From a virus (Duplodnaviria > Caudoviricetes), in the IMG/VR virus record IMGVR_UViG_3300006045_001036: 64,000 bases of DNA; one strand, 5' to 3'. A program made the translations under genes and the position numbers. Positions 38,537 to 49,187 of this stretch are shown here, piece after piece. Within the stretch, counting starts at the first letter, position 1, and each line of letters opens with the position of its first letter. Below the pieces are notes generated by a model. That model was not told the origin of the DNA. It searched no databases and worked only from the letters and a program-made list of their open reading frames with translations.

Positions 38537-39355
38537 TTAAGAAAATGCGTTTTGTGACGCATTGTATATTTGCATTTCGACTTCCCGCTCTCGGTTTTTG
38601 AGGTAACGACGCCAATCTCTGTCTATCCAAAGCTCTTGACCCACAACATTAGAACAAAGCGGACAAGGTTTTCGAAACTTAGGCGGACTCATTTTCCAAA
38701 CTTTCGCACCTCGGTCATCAGGATGTAAGTCTAAATCCCCTTCCACGTTATACTTCTTACACATCGTACACTGGTTGATATCGCCATTAGAGTATACCAA
38801 CGTCCATGATTTGAAAAAAGAAACAGGTTTTCCTTGCAGTTTCCCGTAAATCTTACCTTTATCTTTACCGTGAAATATTTGGTATTCTCCGAGTTTGTAA
38901 GGAATTCCGTTTTCTTCGCAGTACTTTACTTTGGCGAGCCAGTCCTGTTGAGGATTCTGGAGAATCAAAATCCAATCGTAATTATTTGGGTCGGGAACGA
39001 AAGAAATGTCTCGATGCCAAGCACAGATACGGATAAACCCTTTTGTCTTTGGGATGTGAACGATTCCATTGGTTTTTATCAAGCCATTATAGCCAACGGA
39101 TTCCATCCAAGCCAACCATTTCTCTAACCACCACGCCAGTGAAGGTTCTCCCCCCCGCACTTCAACAACAGTTTTATGTGCGGGAAAATATTCAATCATC
39201 CACGGCTTCAGCATCTCAAAATTAAGCTTGTTCCACGGATGGTTAATTGGAATTTGCCCCTCCGTTGCAGGACACTGTACACAACGGAGGTTGCAAGATT
39301 GAATTGGATATATTGTAAGCAGTCGTTGAGCCATGTTAATGCCCCAATAACTCAT
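38537..39355 (-). CDS. Radical SAM protein
   Basis: CNLRCVQC, GGEP, TNG; C-terminal Cys residues. Confidence 0.85.
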   Translation of the reverse strand: MSYWGINMAQRLLTIYPIQSCNLRCVQCPATEGQIPINHPWNKLNFEMLKPWMIEYFPAHKTVVEVRGGEPSLAWWLEKWLAWMESVGYNGLIKTNGIVHIPKTKGFIRICAWHRDISFVPDPNNYDWILILQNPQQDWLAKVKYCEENGIPYKLGEYQIFHGKDKGKIYGKLQGKPVSFFKSWTLVYSNGDINQCTMCKKYNVEGDLDLHPDDRGAKVWKMSPPKFRKPCPLCSNVVGQELWIDRDWRRYLKNREREVEMQIYNASQNAFS

Positions 39356-39857
39356 CTACGGTTGCTTGAACCACCGCTTGTTCAGATTCGGGTATATCAC
39401 GAATATCAAGCTCTTCTTTGATAATCAATTCCGCTTGAATCGCTGACACAGGAACAGGCTCGACATTTCCGCCAAGACGTTCTACTTCTTGCATGAGATT
39501 TGCCACAACTAATTGGAGTTGTGTTATCTGGTCAGCTTGCGAAGAACTGGATGTAATTTCTTCGGGTGTTTGGGCTTTAATAGCTTCTGCTATCGTTTCT
39601 TGTTCTTTCTTTGACGCTCCCTCAATCCAAGTGCCGTCAGCTTTGCGTTTAGCAATCCTGAACCCTTGAATCTTTAAAAGCTCTTCTTGATTTACTTCAA
39701 CAATTTCATGTCCTTTAGGAGTACATCCACCTCCTTCGTAACAGGTATACTCAATTTGACCGATAAAGTAATCAATTTCAGACGAATCAAAACTATTTCT
39801 CAGTCTCTGAGTTTTAGTGTTTAAAAACAAGCAGGTCGTAACTTCAATATTATTCAT
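39336..39857 (-). CDS. Putative tail-fibre accessory protein
   Basis: Follows the tail-fibre-like gene; WIEGAS.KE then a coiled coil. Confidence 0.5.
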   Translation of the reverse strand: MNNIEVTTCLFLNTKTQRLRNSFDSSEIDYFIGQIEYTCYEGGGCTPKGHEIVEVNQEELLKIQGFRIAKRKADGTWIEGASKKEQETIAEAIKAQTPEEITSSSSQADQITQLQLVVANLMQEVERLGGNVEPVPVSAIQAELIIKEELDIRDIPESEQAVVQATVDELLGH

Positions 39858-39879
39858 TGTTCATTCTCCTTTCTCCTTT

Positions 39880-40758
39880 CTAAGAACCGGATTGACGTTG
39901 ATTTCCGTATGAAAACCAAAAAGCGGTGATGTGAATGTCTGAAGGTAGAATTACCGTTGCTCCACTGCTACCTCTTCCCAAAGTAACATAGACTACTCCA
40001 TTCCCATCAATAGTCAACCCCATCGGAAAGTCGTTGGTAAGCGGATTGCCGCACGTTGCAACTTGTGAAAAAACACCTTGCTGCCAAAACGGAAGTAAAT
40101 AAGACGGAATTTTTGCGATTAAAGTTGACTGTCCAGAACCCTCTGAATGGGTTAATCTTGCGTGCCATACAACTAATTTCAAATGCCCAAAATCTAACAC
40201 TTGATATGTGTTTCTGTTTGCAGGATAACCTTGAGCTTGCCAACCGCTAAGAAGTTCAAAAGATAGCTTACTTACTTCGGCATCCGTAGACACCCCACTG
40301 AATTTCATCTTAGTCCATCCCCAGTTACCCTCCAGGTCCTTCATATAAGCTCGCATATGTTTTTGACCTGCTTGAGGTTTTAACCCCAAACCACCGCCTT
40401 CAGATTCATATACCGTATTCGTGGTGAAGGTCTGAACTGTCACCTCTTTGTCCTCAAACACCAGAACATCAATTTCAAGATTAAAAGGAGAAGAAACTAA
40501 CCCATCTTCTGAATTTGTTGGACCCAAAACAGAAAGGTCACTTCCACGATGCCCGAAACTGTATTTTCCTTCCCACTCTCTTCCACGCATATTGTCAATG
40601 TTGTAAGAGCCTTCTGTGATGACTTTTGTGCTACCATCTGCGGCACCGAGAAGCTCATCAATCAACGCCATATCAGCGTTGTAATCGCCCAAAAACGTCG
40701 GTTTATCCGAGCCAACAAACTGACTTAAACCTTTTGCGGTTTTATGGGTACTTGCCAT
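39880..40758 (-). CDS. Tail-fibre-like protein
   Basis: MASTHKT..GLSQFVGSDKPTFLGDYNADMALID N-terminus; C-terminal LLSGW...IAKIP...LTIDGNGVVYV beta domain. Confidence 0.7.
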   Translation of the reverse strand: MASTHKTAKGLSQFVGSDKPTFLGDYNADMALIDELLGAADGSTKVITEGSYNIDNMRGREWEGKYSFGHRGSDLSVLGPTNSEDGLVSSPFNLEIDVLVFEDKEVTVQTFTTNTVYESEGGGLGLKPQAGQKHMRAYMKDLEGNWGWTKMKFSGVSTDAEVSKLSFELLSGWQAQGYPANRNTYQVLDFGHLKLVVWHARLTHSEGSGQSTLIAKIPSYLLPFWQQGVFSQVATCGNPLTNDFPMGLTIDGNGVVYVTLGRGSSGATVILPSDIHITAFWFSYGNQRQSGS

Positions 40759-40906
40759 TATAATACCTCCAAACTTTATTCTAAATTACCTTAATTCAAT
40801 AAAAATTTTAATCGAATTATTCCGAAAGAACAGAGCTGTTAAATTGGTTAGCGAGAATTTTCCGAGCATAAAAATGAGTTATTGTCATATACATACCGTC
40901 AAATTG

Positions 40907-43507
40907 TTATGCCGTGATACTCTCAAAATCAGGGTGGTTAAAATCTTCAGCTCTTACTTCAATGTTATCGAATTGCTCTGCTGTCAAACGTATGTCATCG
41001 AATTGTTGAGCAGTTATCGGATTAAAACAATACTCAGGTAAAGGATTTTTGATTTCTTTGTAGAAAGTATCTACAACCCTAAACACACCTGGAGCAACTT
41101 CCTGTTTTTTATCGTGAATTGTTATGTGATACCCCTCGGGAACTGATTCGAATTGTTCGGGTACCCATCCTTGTCCTCCGAGGTCAACAGGGTCTCCCCA
41201 GTTGAAACCATCTGCGGTTATGTCAAAATTCCTGAAATTTGAAGCAGTCAAACCAAGGTCATCAAACTCCTGAGCAGTAATCGGATTAAACTGCGAAGAA
41301 TACGCAAGCGGGAAAGAAATTATATTTCCGTCCCCAGCCCCTTCGCTACACTCACAAGGCTCTGTACATACTTTTTCTCCGTTGTAGAATAATCCTTCAT
41401 CGCCGTGTGCTTGTAAATCTGAATCACCGACCATAAGGAAGTAGGGGTCTCCGTCAACTTTCTTTGGAATATTATTTGGTGTGCCTTGACTTAAATCAGT
41501 CGCATTATAATCATGGAAAATCTCATCACTTCTCCGCATAATAAAGCGAGAAGAGTTTTGAATATCTACTATAGAGCTGTCAAGAACAGACAGGAACGGA
41601 CTTCCTTTGGTATAATGTTGCCAATGTCTTGAAGGCAAACGATGCTCAAAATTGTTAATAGGAGAATATTCGCCGTCCATTATGAATTTAGCGTTACAGT
41701 GCATAACTGACTGAGTGTTGTCGCCATGCAGTAACCGTGTATTTCCGCCGAGTGATACAAGTGTGTTTTCGTGGAAGAAAACCCTTGCCTCGTTGTGAAG
41801 TGCTAATATTGAAGCTCCTGTCAAATGCAGATTTGAAATATCGTGCATGGAAAATTTCGATTGTCCCGACATACTCAATATCGCACTATTGTTGAGATTT
41901 AATTTCGCACCATCTGTCATAGCAAACTGAGTAGAATTATTCATGGCGAAATGTGCAGAATCCGTCATGTGTAGTTGTGAACTTCCCATCAGGGTTTGGC
42001 GAGCGTAGTTACCCATATGGAATTCTGACCAGTCAATCATAGACTTTCGTGCGTAATGAGACATATAGGATGAAGACCGTCCGTACATCTCCATCTTTGT
42101 CTCAGTATATGAGTGACCGCTTCCACCAGCCATCAAGTCTGAACGCATGATAATTCGTGCATCTCCGACCATTGCCTGATAAGGACTATTACCGCTCGGC
42201 AACGGAAGCGAAAAAGGATAATCAGAATCCATACTCCTTCCCCGCATAACAAACCGTGAATAGTCGTGCATTTCCGAATGTGAATTTCCTGTCATTTGCA
42301 GAAAAGCATGGTTCTGCATATAAGTTCTTGACCACTCTTCAAGGTGGAGACGAGAGAAACCGCTAATATTAACAACTACTCGACCAGCTCCGCCGTTTCC
42401 GTCTCCGTCCCAGCCACCGCCGATTTTAACACTGGTTGCCCCTCTTAAATGTAATCGTGTCTTTCCCTGACCCCCGTGTTCGTCTGTTGTTCCGTTAAGG
42501 TAATCAACCTCGTTTCCAATAACTATATCGGCATCCGCATTAATCGCCATCTTTGCGTTTCTTGTCATGGTGAAATCTATTGTGTCGTGTAGGTGCATTT
42601 TTGCCGCACCTGTCATAACAAAGTCGATAATATCGTGTAAGTTGATGTAAGGACTGCCTGTGATGTTAAGTGTTGGAGAGCCGTGGAAACTGAATTTACC
42701 GCTTCCACTTGCTTGCCAATTTACTTCATCTGCAAACACCAGCTTTGCTCTGCCGTTAAGAGTTAAGGAAGTATCATCCCATGAAATGTTGTCCCAATCC
42801 CCATATCCTCCCGCTATTACAACGTGCAGGGGAGCGAGATGTAGCATCCCGCCTTTTAACATGATTTCGCCTGTTGTTGCGTGGAATCGAGACTCTCCGT
42901 GCATAAACATTTCTGCACCGCCCGACATAGCGAACCGTGCATTGTATTTAGGTATTTGCGGTTTTCCCCAGTCTTCGATACTTGACGGTGGAGTTGTTTC
43001 AAAAGCTTCAATGTTAATACTTCCCGCTTGACCAAAAATCATTAAATCGTCAAGCGTGGAATATTCGCCGTACATTCCGGCTTTAGGGCTGTAAGACCAG
43101 TATCCCGAATTGTATACAAGGGTTTCGGCAGGGCGGATTTTTCCCCATACTCCGCTGTCTTTTACCTGACCTTTATCGTCGAAGGTTGCAATAATATTTT
43201 CCCGAGCCGACGGAACGAGCTTCATAAATAATAAATCGTTCAGCTTGGCAAGCCGACGAAGCAGAATAATATTGAAATTTGTATCATCAATATCATACCT
43301 GTCTTCTTGGAATGGTGCGAGAAGAAGGTCTAAGTATTGACTCTGCCATTCTAATATCTGCTCAAACTGTTCTGCAGAAAACGGAGGTTCAGGCAGCTCG
43401 GGCAGTTTCGCATCAATATCATCATGACGTGAAACTATGGTACTTTCGATATTAGTCGGGTCGAGCGGTTTATTAATCGCTTTATGGCGGATTATATTCC
43501 TGTTCAT
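40907..43507 (-). CDS. Large protein with Met/His-rich beta-helix-like repeats, probably virion structural
   Basis: About 8-residue periodicity (SQLHMTDS/AHFAMNNS/TQFAMTDG); two FNPITAQ(E/Q)FDD repeats at the C-terminus. Confidence 0.6.
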   Translation of the reverse strand: MNRNIIRHKAINKPLDPTNIESTIVSRHDDIDAKLPELPEPPFSAEQFEQILEWQSQYLDLLLAPFQEDRYDIDDTNFNIILLRRLAKLNDLLFMKLVPSARENIIATFDDKGQVKDSGVWGKIRPAETLVYNSGYWSYSPKAGMYGEYSTLDDLMIFGQAGSINIEAFETTPPSSIEDWGKPQIPKYNARFAMSGGAEMFMHGESRFHATTGEIMLKGGMLHLAPLHVVIAGGYGDWDNISWDDTSLTLNGRAKLVFADEVNWQASGSGKFSFHGSPTLNITGSPYINLHDIIDFVMTGAAKMHLHDTIDFTMTRNAKMAINADADIVIGNEVDYLNGTTDEHGGQGKTRLHLRGATSVKIGGGWDGDGNGGAGRVVVNISGFSRLHLEEWSRTYMQNHAFLQMTGNSHSEMHDYSRFVMRGRSMDSDYPFSLPLPSGNSPYQAMVGDARIIMRSDLMAGGSGHSYTETKMEMYGRSSSYMSHYARKSMIDWSEFHMGNYARQTLMGSSQLHMTDSAHFAMNNSTQFAMTDGAKLNLNNSAILSMSGQSKFSMHDISNLHLTGASILALHNEARVFFHENTLVSLGGNTRLLHGDNTQSVMHCNAKFIMDGEYSPINNFEHRLPSRHWQHYTKGSPFLSVLDSSIVDIQNSSRFIMRRSDEIFHDYNATDLSQGTPNNIPKKVDGDPYFLMVGDSDLQAHGDEGLFYNGEKVCTEPCECSEGAGDGNIISFPLAYSSQFNPITAQEFDDLGLTASNFRNFDITADGFNWGDPVDLGGQGWVPEQFESVPEGYHITIHDKKQEVAPGVFRVVDTFYKEIKNPLPEYCFNPITAQQFDDIRLTAEQFDNIEVRAEDFNHPDFESITA

Positions 43508-43598
43508 AATTACTCCTTAAACAAAAATGAAGAACTGTATCGAGTTTACAGTTCTTCACGAGTTTTGTTAGAGTTAAGAGGGTGTCTTAATAAAAACT

Positions 43599-44768
43599 TC
43601 AATCGAGATAATCAAGATTCAGAGAGTAGTAGTTAACCCGATTAAGTGTCTTCTTAATTATTAAATCAGGGGAAACAGACGACAATTCTTTCAACCTTTT
43701 TGATACGGTAGAGTCGCTGATTCCACAATCCTTTGCTATATCATATCGTGAAACTCCGTCGTCTGAAAACAATGTTGCTTGTAGCAACGTATAACACAAT
43801 TGATTGTCGCTGAAAAGATTCTCTATCCGCTCTGCATACGCTTTTAACTTAGACAATCGAGTTTCTAATGCCTCTATTAAATTCAATGTCGAGGTTTCAA
43901 CGATATCCAAGAACATACAGATAAACGGCGTCAAATCACCCTTGCTTTTTGCATCGTTACAAATTTCAAAAGACTTGTAGTATTTGTTAATGTTCTCTTT
44001 AATTGCATAAGACAGTCGATATCCTACAATGCTCTCCAGCTCGTTGGCAAGAATATAACTGCTGATAAATCGGCTCGTTCTTCCGTTACCGTCATAGAAT
44101 GGATGAATATATCCAAACAAATAATGAAATACTGCAATGCGAAATAAGATGTTAATGCTTTTGTTATCAAGAATTTCTATTGCCTTTGTCATGTATTCGC
44201 ATATCTTAGTTTCAGGCGAAACTCCTGTGTGGATTTCTTTGTCGGTGACTGTGTGAACGCTAACACTTTCTTTTCTGAAAATCTTTCCGTCAGGTTTATC
44301 GGTTACTTCGTCTCCGACAAGTTCATCATATACTTGCCGAACATCGTCACAAGATTCGAGAAATAACATCTCTTCTTCCATCATGTTATATCGGTTTACA
44401 AGACCTTGAAATCTTTGTTTCTTTTTCGGATTTTTCAAAACCTTGTCGATTTCTTTCCTTGTACTGCGAATACCCTCAATATTATTAGTAAGCATCACTT
44501 CATCGAACAAACACTTATTCAGATATTGTTTCAATGCCGATTCGGGGAGTTCTGCACGCAAAGAAGCTATTGTTTTGTCATTTTTTCGTATACGGTCAAC
44601 CTTTTCATATAGAGTAGGTTCACGCATGAAGAACGCTTCGTTTGTGCCGATGTTTACCCCTAACTTAACAGCATAATCGCTGTTGAATCTATCTTCATAT
44701 AATTGGCGATAGCGTTCAGTATCTTTGTAAAACAGCTTGTTTAACTGTTCATAAGACATAAATTTCAC
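43599..44768 (-). CDS. Fic-family protein with C-terminal HTH
   Basis: HPFYDGNGRTSR; own TTGACA-17-TATGAT promoter at 44848-44876. Confidence 0.92.
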   Translation of the reverse strand: MKFMSYEQLNKLFYKDTERYRQLYEDRFNSDYAVKLGVNIGTNEAFFMREPTLYEKVDRIRKNDKTIASLRAELPESALKQYLNKCLFDEVMLTNNIEGIRSTRKEIDKVLKNPKKKQRFQGLVNRYNMMEEEMLFLESCDDVRQVYDELVGDEVTDKPDGKIFRKESVSVHTVTDKEIHTGVSPETKICEYMTKAIEILDNKSINILFRIAVFHYLFGYIHPFYDGNGRTSRFISSYILANELESIVGYRLSYAIKENINKYYKSFEICNDAKSKGDLTPFICMFLDIVETSTLNLIEALETRLSKLKAYAERIENLFSDNQLCYTLLQATLFSDDGVSRYDIAKDCGISDSTVSKRLKELSSVSPDLIIKKTLNRVNYYSLNLDYLD

Positions 44769-44892
44769 CTCTTTGGTTAAAAACGATATTTATTAGTTTG
44801 TTTTGTCGATTATTGCAATGTCTTTTGCAAAAACGCTTGTTTTTACTATCATAACACAATAAATGCCGAATGTCAAGATGTTTTCGCACCTG

Positions 44893-46218
44893 TTAAATAT
44901 CATCCTCTGTCGCAGGAAAACGCTGAATATAATTAGGTATTTCATCCTCTGCCGAGCCGTTAACGTAAACCGCTTGTTGAAATTCGTAGGTGTTTCCTCT
45001 GTATCGCCATGTCAGATATACCGCTATTCGGTCTCCTGCTTCACGAAGCTTATCACCGTAAATCCGTATTGCTTTCGAGCCGTCAGGGTTTGTTGATACT
45101 GCTGACACAGCGAGACAGGAAGTCATCTGTGTTGCAATACCGTCACCGCCTGACTGTCTGCCCGATTTAACGTCTGATTGAGAGCGGTTTTCTTGCATTA
45201 CTCCGATAAGAGCGAGATGATGCTTAGTACACAACTGCTTGAGCTTTATCCCGAGTTCACGCTGTTCACCCCAGTCTTTTTGGTCTTTAACCATGAGATA
45301 AATACCGTCTATGAAGAGAACACCGATATTGTTGTCAAGACAAAATTGTTCTACGGTTTCTACACTTGTTCCGTGTTCAAGGAAGCTCACGAAAATGTCA
45401 CCCATTTCTCCTGTCGGGTCTTCAAAAGGGTTATCGTCACCGATATTAAACCGTGCTTCTTTCTCCTGTGTCAGTATGCGGAGAGCCATACGGCGGATAG
45501 ACAACTCGGGAGACATCACTGCCACATTCCGCTTGTCTAACGCTCGCTGTTGTGCCGAGCGGATTGCTGCCTGTATCATCTTCATCAGGAGGAATGTTTT
45601 ACCGTCTCCTGTGCGTCCTTGGATAATGAGAAATTCTTCTTCTGAGAAATACCCGCATTCTGGGTTATCTTCAGTCCACCACAGAGCGTCTACAGCCAAA
45701 ATACCTGTACTCTGGCGGGGAGGGTCTTCGTATTCTAACAGTTTGTTTACAGCGTCTGTATCTCTGAGATTGACGGTTTCCATCTGTACCGCCGTCTTCT
45801 CTTGCTTATTTATAACTTCTTGAACCCGCTCAAATTCTTTCTTCGGGTCTTTGGAAAAATCAATAGATAGTTCGCCGAGTCGATTATAGTAGAATTCTGT
45901 TTCGAGGTCTTGCGTGATTTTGCCAAGAAGCTCAGGGTTTGCGATAGCAGGGCTGAGATTGATTTCATAGGTTTGGTTTAATTCGTCAAGATTTAGCGGA
46001 GTTTTGCTTTTGTGTGAGTTAATGATAACACTACCGACCGCTTGTAGTTTCGGGTCAATTAAATTTGCATATTGTGAAATATCAATATCAGCGTTGACCG
46101 CCAAAGCGAGAAGTGCAAGGGTTTTAGCGTATCGGGGAGTGTCTTTAACAATCGGTGTTTCTTGAGTAGGATTGGTTTGAACAGAGTTAGCTTGAACAGG
46201 GGCGGTTTGGTTATCCAT
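44893..46218 (-). CDS. DnaB-like (SF4) replicative helicase
   Basis: GRTGDGKT Walker A, SPEL, LFIDGIYL Walker B, QENR, KLRE. Confidence 0.8.
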   Translation of the reverse strand: MDNQTAPVQANSVQTNPTQETPIVKDTPRYAKTLALLALAVNADIDISQYANLIDPKLQAVGSVIINSHKSKTPLNLDELNQTYEINLSPAIANPELLGKITQDLETEFYYNRLGELSIDFSKDPKKEFERVQEVINKQEKTAVQMETVNLRDTDAVNKLLEYEDPPRQSTGILAVDALWWTEDNPECGYFSEEEFLIIQGRTGDGKTFLLMKMIQAAIRSAQQRALDKRNVAVMSPELSIRRMALRILTQEKEARFNIGDDNPFEDPTGEMGDIFVSFLEHGTSVETVEQFCLDNNIGVLFIDGIYLMVKDQKDWGEQRELGIKLKQLCTKHHLALIGVMQENRSQSDVKSGRQSGGDGIATQMTSCLAVSAVSTNPDGSKAIRIYGDKLREAGDRIAVYLTWRYRGNTYEFQQAVYVNGSAEDEIPNYIQRFPATEDDI

Positions 46219-47662
46219 TTCGATTACCTCCTTCCCTTGTTAGAACTATTGTCCTTCTATGCGAAAACGCTCGTGAGGTTGCCGCACTACGTACAGTAGA
46301 AAGCTGGTTTTCAGTGCTTGCTCCGTAGACAATCAATACAGGAGTTTCGGCAAGTGTGTCTGCATTACTTCGACGTATGATTTCTGAAATTCCTAAAACC
46401 TCGGTTCTCTGTTTCCACACCCGACTCAAGAAATGAGCGAGAGCAGTAATTGTTTCAGCGTTCTGAGGTTCGGGAACATAAACAGCCGTGTCATCGTTCA
46501 TAAGGATATTTTGAACAAGCGGGGAAAGTTCTTTGTCATTGTACCGCTTGGGGTTGCTTAAATTTGCATAACCGAGAGAAGGACAAGTTCGACATTCAAA
46601 GTATGTGGGATTTAGTACAGGACAATTTGGGCATTTCATCTGTATTCCCTCGGTGAATGGCGGTTTACCCGCTCTCTGGTAAAGAAGCAATCTACCTGTT
46701 TGCGGTTTTACCGATTCGGTGTATGCTTTACGAGCGGTTAAAAACTGCGAAGGTGTGCCTTTGTGCGGGTGGAGTAATGCCATATAGGGTTTGATTACCG
46801 CTCCTAAAACCACGTGTTTTTCGACCCATTGAGCGACTTCGGGGACAAGACGCAGATTTAAGTCTTGACACTGGTTAATCGCCCAAAGAAAGAAAAAGAA
46901 CTGGTCTGACGGAGAGTTTGAAGAGAACTCCATGTCAATATCCACAACACTCGGTTTTCCTGTCGCTGTTGAAACAGTTTGTTTTAGAGCGTTGTGTTTG
47001 TTTAAAACGTATACGTTGTACCCGAGGAATGGGTAGCGATAAGCGACTTTCTCTAAATCTTCAACACCATAGTCGAGGCATTCGTTGATATCGGGAAGCC
47101 ATATATCTCCGATTTGAACAGCGTTGTCCTTACCCAGTGCCGAATACGGCGGTTGCGGTGTTTTAGGAATAAGCCGTTGCACATATGTAACACTTTCCGT
47201 ACCTGTGAAATTACATTGATGTGTCGGGTTAGGTGAAAACGGTACTGTACCAAACAACTCGGGCGGTGTGATTTTCTGCACCTTAGTTGTTTTAGACAGC
47301 AGAGTTTTAGGCGGGGTTGATACAACTGTGTAAGATGGTTGTGGTTTAGCGTTCGGGGTTATTGAAACCGATTGAACTTTTTTCGGAGTTAGGGGTTTTT
47401 CGAAAGCCTCTTCGTCTATTTCGCCGTCTTGCCGCTCTTCCCACACATCTAACATCAGTCTGAGGTTGTCGCCGTCTATTTCTTTGTTTTCGACCATTTC
47501 AAAGAAATTACCACACTCGTCTTCTGACATAGCGAGGAATCGTTTTAACACCATACCGTCAGCCGACCGATGAAGAGAGTCTCTTACTTTCCTATGAACA
47601 TTGAGTGCGGTTATTCGCTTTTTCAAATCTTTTGCATTCATTAAGACACTCCTTTCATTCAT
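46211..47662 (-). CDS. Hypothetical replication-module protein with Zn-finger-like CxxC motifs
   Basis: Lies between the two helicases; CPNC...CRTC. Confidence 0.55.
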   Translation of the reverse strand: MNERSVLMNAKDLKKRITALNVHRKVRDSLHRSADGMVLKRFLAMSEDECGNFFEMVENKEIDGDNLRLMLDVWEERQDGEIDEEAFEKPLTPKKVQSVSITPNAKPQPSYTVVSTPPKTLLSKTTKVQKITPPELFGTVPFSPNPTHQCNFTGTESVTYVQRLIPKTPQPPYSALGKDNAVQIGDIWLPDINECLDYGVEDLEKVAYRYPFLGYNVYVLNKHNALKQTVSTATGKPSVVDIDMEFSSNSPSDQFFFFLWAINQCQDLNLRLVPEVAQWVEKHVVLGAVIKPYMALLHPHKGTPSQFLTARKAYTESVKPQTGRLLLYQRAGKPPFTEGIQMKCPNCPVLNPTYFECRTCPSLGYANLSNPKRYNDKELSPLVQNILMNDDTAVYVPEPQNAETITALAHFLSRVWKQRTEVLGISEIIRRSNADTLAETPVLIVYGASTENQLSTVRSAATSRAFSHRRTIVLTREGGNRNG

Positions 47663-47712
47663 TGTTAGAGCGGGAGAAGCAGATTCTCCCGCTAATAAAA
47701 TAATGCGTTTGT

Positions 47713-49176
47713 CTATGAAACCAACCCTTGTCCGCTTGCCATCTTTCTATAGTCGTCGTTCGAGAATTTCGCCAGTTGTTGCTTACCCTCAACAGCTCTG
47801 AAAACAGCGTAATCGACTGACTTCTCGACAAGTAAGTAATAATACGTACACTTTTCTTTCTGTCCGTTTCGGTGCGTTCTACATTTTGCTTGGTCGAACG
47901 ACACATAGGAGTAGTCGAAAGAGTAGAAGATAGTGATATGAGCTTGGGTAAGCGTTATACACTCTGACGCTGCTTTGATTTGCCCGATAAACAGTAACAT
48001 ATCATCGTCTTGCTGCATACCGTCTTCAATCCTTGTCCTCTCTTCTGCGGATACTCCGCCGTGGATAACTCCGTATTTCACTTTCATTTTCTTCGCAAGC
48101 TCTTCTATTGCCGCAATCTCGGCTCGGAATCGGACGAAAACACAAACCTTTTGCCGAGAGGAAAACGCTTCTTCGAGCAATCCTTCGAGAGCTTCTAATT
48201 TCGCTGTACTGGCTTGATGCTCAAATTTAACGTCGTTTTCGTCTTTACCGACGTGAAAACCTCCACATAACTGTGACAGTCGGAGCAGACGCTCAAGAAC
48301 ATTCTGTGATACTTGCGTATTTACGGTCTGAAGCTCTGCCGTATCTTGTTTAACGAGCTTTTCATACAGTCGTCGAGCAGAGGGTTCGAGTGCGATAGGG
48401 ACAATATTATGTGACACATCAGGCAAGTCGAGGGCTTCGTCTTTTGTGACCCGCATACAAGCTGAGTGCATTTTGGCAAGTATCTTAGACATGGTTAGTT
48501 TGTTCTTGACTTTCCACGTATATCCGCCGTAACCGACCTGCATAAAGTTGGCTTTTCTCCAAGCATAGAACTTGTCGCCATAGATAGACGAATCCATGTA
48601 CTGATACTGGGAAAAGATATCCATGACCGAGTTCGTTATAGCAGTCCCCGTCAACAGAAGATTAAAACGGCTTGCTGCCCCAATCACGTGCATTCGCTTA
48701 CTCTGTTGTGTTGTCGGGGTCTTCATCTTATGACCTTCGTCAGCGATAACCGCATCGTACTTCAATCCCCACTTCTCAATATTCTTGAGAATATCATAGT
48801 TGATTACGTAGATGACAAGTTTTCCGTTATAACAAGTCTGCGGATAAATCGTTGACTTGCTGTCGAGAACTTGAACATGAACAGGAACATTCAAGAATTT
48901 TGCTATCTCACGTTTCCATACCCCGAGAGCAGTTTTCGGACATACGACCAACCCAGTTTTAATAAGCCCTGCTTTATATAACACAGCCCACGTATAAATT
49001 GCCGTCAAACTTTTCCCTGTCCCCATCTCAAATAAATATGCAAACCCCCGATAGTTTTGGAAACGCTGTAAAGCCTTTTCCACTCCTTCAAGCTGGTGAG
49101 TCATCATCTTGCCGTCTGTAAGGTTCTCAACTTTGATAAGGTCGGTGTAAGGGAAAGCGTCTATGATTCTTGCCAT
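47713..49176 (-). CDS. SNF2-family helicase
   Basis: EMGTGKS, DEGH, LTGT, QAKCRTHRNGQ. Confidence 0.92.
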   Translation of the reverse strand: MARIIDAFPYTDLIKVENLTDGKMMTHQLEGVEKALQRFQNYRGFAYLFEMGTGKSLTAIYTWAVLYKAGLIKTGLVVCPKTALGVWKREIAKFLNVPVHVQVLDSKSTIYPQTCYNGKLVIYVINYDILKNIEKWGLKYDAVIADEGHKMKTPTTQQSKRMHVIGAASRFNLLLTGTAITNSVMDIFSQYQYMDSSIYGDKFYAWRKANFMQVGYGGYTWKVKNKLTMSKILAKMHSACMRVTKDEALDLPDVSHNIVPIALEPSARRLYEKLVKQDTAELQTVNTQVSQNVLERLLRLSQLCGGFHVGKDENDVKFEHQASTAKLEALEGLLEEAFSSRQKVCVFVRFRAEIAAIEELAKKMKVKYGVIHGGVSAEERTRIEDGMQQDDDMLLFIGQIKAASECITLTQAHITIFYSFDYSYVSFDQAKCRTHRNGQKEKCTYYYLLVEKSVDYAVFRAVEGKQQLAKFSNDDYRKMASGQGLVS

Positions 49177-49187
49177 AGCTATTCTCC

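Noticed and set aside
44858-44866. GCATTTATT motif upstream of fic
   Set aside because: It lies inside the spacer of a consensus sigmaA promoter, so it was not counted as an independent site.
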